Assembly (NCBI GenBank): GCA_009103225.1
Contig: RHPI01003488.1
Coordinates: 186,001-250,000, forward strand
Reading direction: 5' to 3'
Origin: Chlorokybus atmophyticus
Lineage: Eukaryota; Plantae; Mesostigma and Chlorokybus algae
DNA length: 64,000 bases
Both the position numbers and the translations under genes were made by a program. Position 1 is the first letter of the stretch; each line of letters opens with the position of its first letter. Below are positions 1-11,531 of this stretch, piece by piece. The notes under the pieces are model-generated. The model made no database searches. It had not been told where the DNA came from and was given only the letters and a program-made list of their open reading frames with translations.

Positions 1-65
1 TTATCGTTGTACGAGCGCCCTGTTTTACTTCACAATTGTTCATGGACGCTGACACACGTGTGCAG

Positions 66-720
66 GTGTTTTTGAATGGTGCAGCTGGGAAGCTTGGGGC
101 AACATTGGTTACTTATCCGTTTCTCCTGCTCAAAGTAAGACTTGAAAATGTGGCAAGTGTGTACAATGCACCATCAGCAAGTCCAGGGCAGCCAGCACTA
201 ACACGAAGTGCATTGCAGAGTCGATTGCAAGCAAAGCAGGATGCAACGCTAGAGCGCCCATACACAGGTGATTATCCGTGCTGGTTGTGTTCAGACAATA
301 GGGATATTCCTTATCCCAGCACTGGCTCAATTGCAACAATGGTGCATTGCAGGAACGCTGGATGCCATTGGCAAGATTGTCCGCAGTGAAGGCGTGCTGG
401 GGTTTTACCATGTGAGTTGTGGTGCATGCAACTGCTTTTAGAAATTCAAAACAGGAAGAAAAACTCCATCGGATAACTCTCAATTGATTCTGTGTCAATC
501 TGCTGCAGGGAATGAGCACAAAGATCGTGCAGAGCGTGCTGGCAGCAGCCATCCTGTTCATGGTTAAGGTAGGCTTACTGCTGAGTTTTTGTGGCTGCTG
601 CGTTGTAGCGTGCTGTGCTGACAGTGGGTGATGCCTTGACAGGATCAATTGGTTAAGGCTGCAAAAGTGTTACTGTCTGCAAGGTCTACAGGGTTGAGGC
701 GCATTGCGACGGCATTGTAG
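66..720 (+). CDS. PXN: 3' exons of a peroxisomal NAD/adenine-nucleotide carrier (mitochondrial carrier family); 5' part lies outside the window
   Basis: Five GT-AG exons splice to VFLNGAAGKLGATLVTYPFLLLK-SRLQAK...-GTLDAIGKIVRSEGVLGFYH-GMSTKIVQSVLAAAILFMVK-DQLVKAAKVLL...TAG (718-720). This is the third carrier repeat, and GMSTKIVQSVLAAA is typical of plant PXN/PMP38. Confidence 0.88.
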
Positions 721-2991
721 CATTGGTTGTGTATGTGCTTGTGTCGGCCACTGTGTATACAGCTCTATGCCACCAAGTAGAGTCATCCAGTGGACAGTGT
801 ATAGTCATTGTTGTGGTTGTTCTTGTTGTCCAGTAGTGCCATTCCGCTTTGTATCTGGAGAGTGTACACAGCCTGGTGGTGGTCTTGCTGTTGCATGCCC
901 ATGTGCTAACTGCTGCATGACATGTTATTGGGCAGACTTACTATGCATGTCTAATAGCACGACTTATACCCTATGCATGTGTAACAGAACTGCGCATATC
1001 TTGCACAGTGGTCCTTGCCTTTCCACAATGCGAGACAAGCCAAGCTCCAGTCAAAAATCAGAAGAGCGTGAATGAGCACATTGGTTATTAATAGGCTGTA
1101 CACCGTACCCAATATCTGCTGGCATGTGTAGATAGCAGGCACAACGTATGATGCGTGCATCACCTTTTGCAATCAGTTCTGCAGAAACAGTACACAAAAT
1201 GCGATGTGGGGTGGCGCATGCATAGTACATCCACATAGTGTCACGCTCACACAACATGCACGCAGCAGGTAGCCACATAGGTATGTTATTCTAACCACCG
1301 GGTTCATCTACTCCTACCAACTTAGCTACTTCCTATACTACCGCTACACCCCATCAGTCATGCAAGCATGCATAGTCATCATAATCACCTGCCACACGGG
1401 CTGCTGTCAGCAGTTGCTGGCTAGCATGGTAACAGCCACAACAGCAGTGACGAGGACTTCCACGCCCTCCTCCCTTCCACCTCCCGCCGCCGCCACACTC
1501 CAACTATCGCCCGGCAGTGGCCGCAGCTGCTGCGACTGCCGTACTGTAGGGCTTCGTCAATTGTACGGCAGCATGCACAGTCATTTATGCATGTGCTGCA
1601 GCACTCCCTTGCTGTCGCTGTGTGAGTGCGACAGTTCATGACGTGTATACTTGTATAATCTTGGGATGCTGCTGCGCGAGCAATACAGGACCATGGGTTG
1701 GGCGCATTAGCACAGAGCTGGAGCCGGCGACGCCGCATGCTGCCCGCACTGTTGTACAAGATCGTGTACTTGACAACGCAGAAGCACCGGCGCACAACAG
1801 CAACCACCACATGCACATCAGCGCACACCACGCCAGCTGGTGCATAGTGTATTGCGCGGGGAGCAAACTGCCTGTGCCGCAGAGTGCCCGTGCGAAGGAC
1901 ATGCCCACTCAACCCCACCACCCAACCCCACCGACCACCTGCCTAACTGCCACGTAGAGGCCCTGCGCGGTGCAGTGCTGACGTTGGCACTGCACTGCGA
2001 GGGTTGGGGTGACAAGAGACGACGCAGCAGCAGCTGCTGCGCAGAGCTGAGCTGGTGGCGGGAAGGGAGAGCAGGCGGGAGGGAGTCGTCATCCTTGCTG
2101 CTGCTGTAGCTGCCGTTGTCAACGCCAACGAACAGAGCCCGTGTGGGCAGGTAGTGCACTACCTGCCGCATGTATGCATGTCTAACGGGGAGGTCTAGAC
2201 TAGTGTAGTGTAGTGAGGTGGGAACAAACAGTGTGTATAGCCCGGTGGTTGTGCTACAATGTGCTTTTTATTAAAACTAACAGCAAAATCGTCACACCAA
2301 GCTATGCACTGTCATCCCTGCCTATCATTGCACAAGCATACTCACACGCATGTCAGCGGCATGCAAGCACGCCTACACAACTACACTGCCGCAGCTGCCA
2401 GCACAGCGTCCGCTTCCGCCGTTGGCGCCGCCGTCTGGACCGGGCCCCAGCCTGGTACTGCCGCAACGACTGCCGCCCCCCGCTCCAGGATGGTGATGCC
2501 CTGGGCGCGCAATGTGCTTGCATGCTGTTTGGCATGCTGTGAGTGATGTCATGCATGTCTACAACTATTGGCAATATATCCTGTACACATGGTGATTGGA
2601 ACCGGAGTGCATGAGCATAACTGGCATGATGCAGACAAACACCCGTATGCAGGTCAAATGCTGCATAGCAAGGAAGACAAGCGAATGGCACCTACATGGG
2701 CTTGACATAGCTGGGTGTTCTTGCTTTGCATGTGCCGTTGCTATTCTGCTCTGTGCGAGTGGTCAGCAAACACAGCGACGGCGAGGCAAACGGCAGGCTC
2801 TCCACATACCGCTATCAGCACTGCCCACGATTGGCAGTTGCTGATGTACATAGCTCCAGAGGGGGATACATGCTACTACCTTATGCTAGAGCACTAGTAT
2901 TATACACTCTATGCTAGCTAGGGCAAGATCACTGAGAAAGCACGTAAAAACCGGTCCAAAGACACGTTTCGATTGACTTGAACCTGTGCAC

Positions 2992-5288
2992 CTACTGTAC
3001 AAGACTTGTCGCTAATGGCAGCACGCAAGAATAAGTGACATACTTGGCGCTCTCCAGAAGCACCACCACCAGAATGCGCGAGAGGCCACTGCCATCTGAG
3101 CCGCTGCCAGGGTTTCCTGCCTTGACAGGACCCTCAGGTGGCACCAGGATGGAGACCAGCATCTCTTTCTGCCCATTATCTGGTCTGAACTTGTTGGAGT
3201 TACTGCTTGATTCTTGTCCTTGTGCTCCCTGTGAAGGTGAGGGGGAGGCCGGGGGCAAAGGCACCGCTCCACGGGAGTTGTACGGGCGCATGCTCCGGTG
3301 CCGAGGGATGTGTTGCGGTTTGTACAACTCAGAACCGGGGGCGTCCAACTCAAAAATCTGTTGACACATAGCCGAAGAGAACATGCCTGCATTTGGGGCG
3401 ATGAAGCCTGGCGACTGAGGTCTGGCCAGTGCCACCAATGCCATCTCCTTTAATTTGCTCAATTCGCTTGGTCCCATGGGTATGGCTTCGGAGAGATGCG
3501 GCTCTGCTCTGTTGCCAACAGAGCCGTTCAGGGCGATAGCAACTGTACTGTTACTGTCAATGTCAGCTGTGGCATTGCCACCAGGTGGTAGAGCTTGGGC
3601 CATTTTCCTTCTATCCAGGTGGTCGGCGGTGACTACACCTTCTGTGTGTGAAGCGGGATGTCGAGCATCCCTGGCGACCACTGAGGAGTTGTCTGCGAGA
3701 GACATCAGTATGCGTCCACCAGCTCGCAAATTTTGCTGTCCACTTGGCCATACGTCAACTGCTGCACTTTGTGACGGAATTGTTGGAGAGTTGCCTGCCC
3801 CGAGCAACAGAAAGACCAGTCCGAACAAACAAAGGACTGCTGCGCCGGCACCAGCAGTGGTCTTCAACCGCTTGCGCTCCCTGTTTTGGGTGCGTTTGGT
3901 TTTCGCCGCTGATACAGTACAAGCAGGCCTGGGAAGTGGCCGCAAGGGCAGACGTGCCGGCATCATTGGCAATCCAGTTCCTGGGGCGTAGTTTGGGTAT
4001 GGAGCTGGCGCATACGGTGATGCCCGTTGCTGGAACAGTGCGAGTTGATGCTGCAAAGCAATCATAATAAGTACCTGGTAGCTGAACACAATGCATGGCC
4101 TAAATACACGCAATGATGGCTGTTACCTGTAGAGCTGCCACTTCTCCCATCAGACGCGCATTAAGGGCATTCAACTTAGCATTGGCCGCAGCTAGGTGCT
4201 GCACCTGATCATGCGCAAAACAAGTAGGGTCACAATAAAAAAGGACAACTCAAATTCACCGAGGCGTCGCGCCGTCAGTATGCACGCGACAACAGCTTGT
4301 GGACATAACGATGCATTCACTGGACATTGTCAATCCCCGCCGTTTAAGAGCAACTTCCCTAGCACTGAGTCGTGTGTGCCCATTGTCCCAAGACTACCTG
4401 CCTGCTATTCTAGAATGACTGCCATGGTAACGTTTAGCTTCCATCTTATATACCAATTGCTCAAATGTAGAGCTATACATACATGTCGCTGCGGTGATGT
4501 GCGTGCAATCAGAAGCGGCATTGGTGACAATGCAGCTGGGGGACGGTGTCATGTCGAGAGTTACAGCAGTACAAATGGCTGAAAGAGTGCACGTCCGCTT
4601 CAACAGTGTATAGCCGCTACATGGCGCAACTTGTATGCTCAAGGCGCTTACGGCTTTGCCATCGGGTGCTAATGAAAAACCGCCGCATACAGACCCCGCA
4701 ATTATTATCGCTGTGTATGTGTAGTACGCAGTGCTTAATCTACAATGGTGGCATGCCAGTTGCAACGTGACGTACCTTGCCCTCTAGCTCCTCAACATAC
4801 ACCTTCTTCCGCTGCCGAGAGAGCTGAGCGCTTTCGCGGTTTTTTAGCAAACGGGCATGCTTGGCGGCTTCGTCCTCCTGCAGAAGAGCAGCAACGGCAG
4901 CAGCAGCAGCTTGCGGAGCCGAAGCTGTCACCACGGGGGAAGAGGTCCCACTTGTTCCAGAGCAATCGCCATGCTTGCGCTTGCCCTGCTCCTCATGCTG
5001 CTGCTGCTCGTCGATATCTATGCTGTGGCTGCTGTTGCTGTAACACTCTGGGCTGCTACTTTCCGACACCAATGACGGCAAGGACAAAGGCGGCGACGAC
5101 GACGACGGCGAGCCATGCCCGCTAATGGAAGGCTTCTCCTCCACTCCGCCCTCGCCCAAAAACTCTGCGGCCCAGTCCACGTCAAGCTGCACGTCCCCAA
5201 CAACATCACCAACGTCTACAAACTCGTCCAGCCATCCCCCCAACTCCTCTTCCAACCCCGCCACTCCCACCGCCGCCGCCGACGCCAT
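2992..5288 (-). CDS. ER membrane-tethered bZIP transcription factor, bZIP17/28/49-like (3 exons)
   Basis: Basic region KHARLLKNRESAQLSRQRKKVYVEELEGK; zipper continues across introns (VQHLAAANAKLNALNARL). It is followed by a TM segment (AAVLCLFGLVFLLLG), a luminal GGRILM motif and the C-terminal SRILVVVLLESAKYVTYSCVLP block characteristic of plant group-B bZIPs. Confidence 0.9.
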
Positions 5289-6474
5289 GGACTCCCACAC
5301 AACTGCCAGCTGGCAGAGCTGGCGCAACCCTAACTCTCGAATCCTAACTCCACAACCACAAATCTCGAACCCGATCATTAACAAATCCAACGATGCTTGG
5401 CAGTGGACGCAAAGCAGCGGTTGGATTAAGCCGCGCTGCCTGATTAGCAAGTGATGACGCATGCCAGTCAGCTTGTCGACCGCCACGTGGCAACCAGTGG
5501 CAGGCCGTACTCTTCTGACGGCTGCCACATCACTAATCGCTTGTTGTTTATAGGCCTGCCACCTCAGACCACCGTACATGAGCCAAGAGCTCATTCGTAC
5601 TATGTAGTACATTGCAACATGAGGCAGTACAGATGCTGTACGCTTTCCATCTGCCTGCGGTACAGCCTCCAACGAACATCTGACCACTTCCGTACGCTTT
5701 ACGCCTGCACAAGCGACGGTTCGGAGCAGCACTCGTACAGACGCGCGGCTATCAGTGGCAATCTGCACTGACACAAAGTACGGTCTTCTGCGTCGAGCGT
5801 ATACTCTTGTACTAGCGTACGGCATGTATTTGTTTGGGGAGCGATGGGCGCTGACGGAGCTGTCTGCCTCTGCGTCGTACTTACACACATACACGCATCA
5901 CGCACAGTCATAAAGTCAGCAAGACAGGTCTTGGGAGTGACAGCTTGCAGACGCACACAGGACTGAGAGGAGAGTGTTTGGAAGAATTTAAAGGAGTTGA
6001 AAGCTGCACGATCAACTTGCCTAGCTTCGTTCCTGAGTTCTTACGCCCGAGTGCAAAGCTTCGAATCTCAGACTCAACCTCCAGCGTCTTTCCCAAGGTG
6101 TGGCGTGGTTGGTGTGTGCAGAAAATTGTTGTAACGGCAGTTTGTGAGGTGCAAACGCTTGAGCTCCGTATGAACTGTATGGTGTTCTGGTCGGGCTGTG
6201 CGTGCATTTTGTTCTGTGTTGTTGTGTTGTCCATGTTGACTTTTGCAAGCTACGCCGGTCACGTCTTGCTGTTCAGGTCGCTTGCTTGGTAAGACTTGTC
6301 CTTGCGGTGTGTTGTCAAGTTGTGCCTGTTACACGAAATTGTTGTGTGCTTGGTACTGAGTATATAGATGGAATATGGTGTCTTCGCTGTGCTGATTTGT
6401 GGCAAGGTTGTTGTGGTTCTTGTGGTTGTTGTTGCTGTTACTCATGTTGTTGTCCTTGGCAGCTAGCAGGAAGG

Positions 6475-6657
6475 ATGGTGTGCCCAGTGTGCGTGGCGAC
6501 AGCCATAGCGCAGGCTGCAAGCGTGATGGCGGCCGCAAGCTCCTCTGCCATGGTGGCCAAGAAGGTGATGGAGCACACCAGCAAAAGCAGCAAAAGTGCT
6601 GATAAAGGAGGGCAGCATCCGCCTCGGGCACAAACGCCTCAACCAGCTGCCAAGTGA
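6475..6657 (+). CDS. Small 60-aa protein starting MVCPVC, unknown function
   Basis: ATG at 6475 gives MVCPVCVATAIAQAASVMAAASSSAMVAKKVMEH...: a CxxC motif, a hydrophobic Ala-rich helix and a basic tail. It resembles small uncharacterised algal proteins as I recall them (not verified). Confidence 0.5.
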   Translation: MVCPVCVATAIAQAASVMAAASSSAMVAKKVMEHTSKSSKSADKGGQHPPRAQTPQPAAK

Positions 6658-7497
6658 CTGGAGAGGAGATGACACACAGCCACGCTTCCCTGCAAGCTTG
6701 GTGTACATTAGCCATGTGGACTTAGTGTACATTAGCACCGTGGCAATTCCGCGACAATGCAACGACAACACACGCATTGGTCTGGGGGAGCGTTGTGGCT
6801 CCTTTAGGCGTATAAGCAGGCATGAACTGTCCCAACCAGCGGGACATGCCATAGATTGCATAAGAATTGTCAAGAACACGTATAACTCTTGACAAAGGTG
6901 TAACATTGGCTAAAGACTTGAAGCCGATCCTGTCGCTGCCATCTTGCAGGCGATGCACTTGATGCATGTTAAACAAACTGCAACGTGCACACTGCAGTAC
7001 TCAGCTTTCGGCACGCTGTTCAACAAGCTTGGTGTGTACCATTCCTTTCGTAGAGTAACACTGCATGCCTCGCAATGTCTCGCGCTACTGTGTGGTGAGG
7101 GTATGCTAGGCCAGTACAGCTTTCAACTACTGCAAGAGTTCATTTGCTTCCCGAACAGCGCCTAGGATCCACACCTCCTGTTCAATACCACTAGTAGCCC
7201 AACGTGGCACAGCGTCAATACAAGCAAATAAATGCATAGCATATTGCTACCATGGCTGCACATTGCAATCTCATCACTCGTGCAAATTGATGACTTCTGT
7301 GCAACTCGCATACAGCAAACACACAAGCAATTTAAAGAACAATTGCTGCAGATGCTAATTGCACAAGGTTGCCATGTCTCAAGCTCTACCTTAGGCTTGA
7401 ACGATGCATTGCAAACATGCCACTGCCACATACAGTTCAAAGACATATTGTCGCCGGAATACGGAATAACACGTGCCAGCAAACACAAGACGTGCCA

Positions 7498-9903
7498 TCA
7501 CTCAGCATCCCGATCCGGTGACCTTGTGCGTCTTCTGCCGTCTGCTTGCCGCCTTCCCGGTTGTGGTCGTGCGCTCCGCCTACCCTCAGAACTGTCATCA
7601 GGGGTAGAAAAGTCCCAAGAGTCCCAAGTTGCCTGTTTTGCTGGTTTGCTGCTGGTTTGGTACTTCCCCTTGACAGAATTAGTCTTGACTTGGCCGTATC
7701 GAGCAGTAGAGCTGGACTCGCGGTCATCCGCATCGACATCACGAGGCAGAGCTTCTGAACTCTCTGTACCACCGCGGCTTGGCTGCAGTGTAAAGCGCTG
7801 ACCACTGCGCGGACTGTTAGCACCAGCATCGGCGCTGCCCTCCCGCACTGTCGAAGAGTTGGCCCTTCGCCTGCTGTATGCTGCGCGGTTGTCGGCCCCC
7901 TTTTCATTAATATTCTTTACCTCACCGTATCGACCAGGACGGCTGGACTCGCGCTTGTGCGCATCAGCATCACGAGGCCGATACTTAGAACTCTCTGATT
8001 GATCACGGTTGGGCTGTACTGTATAGCGCGTAGCACTGCGCGGACTTGCAGCATCGGCATCGGCGCTGCCGTCCCCCACAATTGGAGAGTTGGCCCTTCT
8101 CCTGCTGTATGCTTCTCGGTTGCTGTCGGCCACGCCATTTTGTGCGCCCTCTCTGCGAGGGGGCGGTCCTTGCCTCGACTCTGCACTGGGCTGCCAGCTG
8201 CTGTCACGGCTCCGAGGACCCTCTTCGCGGTCTCCCTCAGGACCCTGGTACCAGCTGTCCGCATCCCAAGAGTTAGAGATGTTGCGAGCTCGTGCACGTT
8301 CTGCATACACGCGCTGCCAGTCTTCTTCCGTCCTGTTTCGCCAGCGATCTTTCACCCTCCTTGGTGCAGGCAGAGCATCGGATTTGGGAGGAGTGGAGTG
8401 ACCTGCTCAAAATAACAACATCATAATTCAATTGTTTAACACTAGCTGCAATGCATGGTTTCGGTGCATGAAGTGGGGCACCAAGGCATGCGCGCTATGT
8501 TAAGCTGTGCGACGCAAGCAACAGCAGGTTGTCTACCTGAGTTGATCAGGCCTTTATCCACACGCCATCCTTGAAAACTGGTAGAGGTGTCTGTTTCATC
8601 ATCACTGCTATCTTCCTCGGAACGTAGCAGATCAGCAGCCTTCACCGCCTCATGTATATTGTCAACTTGTTCATGTGAGACACCGGTATCAGCATTAGGT
8701 GTTGATGGACCTGGAGCCTGTACAACCCACTTTGCAAGGTACTTGACTTTCGCTTCCTCATCAAAAAAGGTCAGGAAGTTGTCAAGGAGGGTGTCCAAAG
8801 CCGCAGCAGTCTCGGTAGAGCGTATGGACATCTTGTACATTATTGGGTCCGTCATCTGCGCCAGTACTACACGTGCAACATCTGCAAAAGCGCCCTCCCC
8901 TTGCGCTATTTGGTACGCTCGTTGGCAATCGATAGCCAGCGGGCACACCTTGCACGTCTGTAGACAAGCAAGCACACTGTAACTGCTACAGCAGTTGCTT
9001 GGTTGAAAGCCATAATAACAGTGATGAACATAGCAATGCTGTCATTGAAAGCAGATGCCACAACACCATGTCTGCAAACAAATGAAGAAGACACGACTGG
9101 CAATTGAAATCTGTGTCACTGCACGCAATGGATGCAAAGTGGAAAGTGCACCTCTACTTCGGAAACCATGAGAAGATCGCGAAGCCTTTTGGCTGCATTC
9201 ACAACTTTACGCTCGCGAGTAGGACAGCTGGCCTCTACCAACGGCCGAACCCATTCAGATTTGATCTGCCTGGCAGCAAAGGTGACCTCAGCAAAAGATG
9301 TGCACATTAAAGTAACCAACCACAATTGAACCAGTCACAATGCAAGCTCTCCATTCAAGGACAGCATCAACTGTTGGCTGCTTACTCAGTCCAGTCACCA
9401 TCATGCCCTTGAGCCCAGAGCAGGACCGCTTTCTTTACGTCGCCATAGTCGCCATACGGCCCAAGATTTACAAGGGCATCACCAGGTGTTGTCCATTTTT
9501 CGGCAGCAGCTACAGCTGCAAAGAAGCCAGCCACGTGCAAGTGGTCAAGAAACTTGCGCCACTTCAGGGCAAGGGCCTTCCTTTGCTGTGCACTGCTTTG
9601 TGCCGGAGCCTCTGACTCTTCAGACCGCTGTTCTCTGTCACTGTCAATGGGTGTCGCAGATTCTTCTGTTGATGCCTTGCTAACACCACTCTCCGAAACA
9701 GCCGCTGCCTGTGCTGATAAGCAGCTCCGCTTTTGTTTTCGACCAGTGACATGCAGAAAGCATGGTGCCAGGTTATGCTGCGACCGGTGAACCAAGTGCC
9801 TGTTCTTTATTCTACACGGAAGTCGCCCTGCTGAAGCAACATACACCAAAGAAGCTGGAATCCCCAGATGCACAGCCGCACTGCGCATCACGCACTGCTG
9901 CAT
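7498..9903 (-). CDS. OZ/VAR3 (Organelle Zinc finger) family-like protein: transit-peptide-like N-terminus, OZ N-terminal domain, Arg/Ser-rich repetitive tail; no RanBP2 fingers (4 exons)
   Basis: Spliced product WRKFLDHLHVAGFF...GDVKKAVLLWAQGHDGDWTE-QIKSEWVRPLVEASCPTRERKVVNAAKRLRDLLMVSEVE-TCKVCPLAIDCQRAY...ADVARVVLAQMTDP. This parallels the plant OZ block (W..F...L...GYF; VK.ACL.FA; GCP...RK.VNSAKRLR; C..C.L..SCDRAY; VD.MR.LL....DP). Confidence 0.78.
7669..8130 (-). repeat. Tandem duplication of 231 bp (77 aa) in the last exon of the OZ-like gene
   Basis: AYSRRRANS...GSADA.A.SPRS...QP.R...ESS...PRD.DA..RESS...RYG.VK occurs twice, 77 aa apart. Confidence 0.9.
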
Positions 9904-9922
9904 GGGGAGGCTGCGGACTATG

Positions 9923-10689
9923 TCAGTCAACGACTGGTCGCATGCTTCCGCCTCTCAAATTCTGTCTGCCAGCGACAATCAGACACATGTCATCGACCTC
10001 AGCTTTGCAGAATGCAGTTAAAGGGTACTGCAGTGAGAACACAGACAACCCACAATGCAATGCCTATGGCTTCAACGAGCACGATAATGACACATACCAG
10101 TGCCTTGGCCAATTGGTCAACATCTGGTTTGTACTCTGCGAGCGCACTGTGCAAATGCCACGTAGTTAGAAAATACTCCCGGGTACTTGTACTTCTTTGT
10201 CAATCGCCCAGCTCCAGCTTTACACAGATCGATAGCGACAGAACAAACAGACATCTACTACTCCAATTGAGAGTTGAGACACTGCACGTCTCATGTTTCA
10301 GGTCAGGGTTGCAACACCTGGTTGTCTCCTTGCAAGCACACAGTGTAGCAAGGCGAATGAACGTTGGGTGAAAATATGGCATTGCTTAACCCGCTGTTGT
10401 CTGTTTTATGCTATGCAAGCATGTCTGTGAGAATGCGCTGCTTGTAACATGACATACAGTAGGCAACACAGTGGTTGTTAACCTCAGCACACAAACAAAC
10501 AACATGGTTGCACACCCAAGTGCGTGCCCTGCAACCCGACCTTTCCAGCTTGCTGTTTGTCGCTGCGAGCGCGGCGGTGAGGTCGGCGACCAGCTGAGCG
10601 AGACTCTTAAGCCCCTGCAGATCAGCGTCCGATAAGACCTCCTCCGCACCTTCAATCCCGCCGACACCGCCGCCAGAGAGCTGCTCCAT
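9923..10689 (-). CDS. Putative 100-aa coiled-coil protein (3 exons: 10689-10541, 10146-10098, 10027-9923)
   Basis: GT-AG sites with compatible phases (2, then 0) give MEQLSGGG...DLQGLKSLAQLVADLTAALAATNSKLESALAEYKPDVDQLAKALYPL...RPVVD*. No family recognised. Confidence 0.45.
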
Positions 10690-11531
10690 ACACTCGAGAG
10701 CAGCGCCGCAGCATTCAGTGTCTTAATGAGGGCGGGTCAGTGCCTTAACACGGCACAAAGGCGTTCAGTTCTCAACCTGGGTTAAGGGCTACCATTGGCA
10801 GGCTGTTGAGCTGCTTGCATGCTTGCGGCGGCAGCGGCGTGCTGTGGCTGGTGGCTGGTGGCTGGCTATTGACTGGGTTGTTGCCCTTTGACAGCATGCT
10901 CATAGGCTAGAAAGTATTTTTGCGGCCATGATGGTCGCTCATGCACACGCGCCTGCACTGCCGTTGCTCTAGGCATTGACATGAGCGGCCTTGCTGCTGG
11001 GTTGACGCATTTTGTAATCTCAAAACTCTAATCTCCGACGATGACGCAGTATGGCTCCCTTCGTGCCTTTCAGCCTACTACTGAAAAGGTGCATTCGGAT
11101 TTTCTTGTGTCCAGGGTCATGTACATACCAGTTGTCTACCTTGACTGCAGGAAGTTTGATCATGAGTTGATGAGTTGATTGTGCGGGTCAGTCATCGACA
11201 GCGTCTGCAAGTTCATGTCATTATTGCATGGATCTATTTTACGTGGTCAATGTGTTGTGTCGACAATGTTTATTGCAATAGACCTACCACACAGTGAGTG
11301 CGCTGTTCTCTTAACGTCTACATACGATGCGTCCAGCACGTGGCACATGCCTCATCCAAGGATTGCTAGTTGTTTCTGGATTGGTAACACGTCACGAAAC
11401 GAATTAGGGGATATACCACGAGTTGATAAGCACGACTGCTGCTAAACGGTTTGTTTCATGCGTGACTATTGTGCAAGCATGGAGTATAAGTCTCTGTCAC
11501 CTACATGACTGTGAAACGAGGCACGACGATC

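Noticed and set aside
1360-2900. GC-rich, exon-like segments with several ORFs on both strands
   Set aside because: Probably part of a gene, but I could not build a phase-consistent model, fix the strand or recognise a domain.
5289-5894. ~200-codon open frame upstream of and in frame with the bZIP ATG
   Set aside because: No recognisable domain and UTR/intron-like composition; treated as chance openness unless 5' cDNA shows otherwise.
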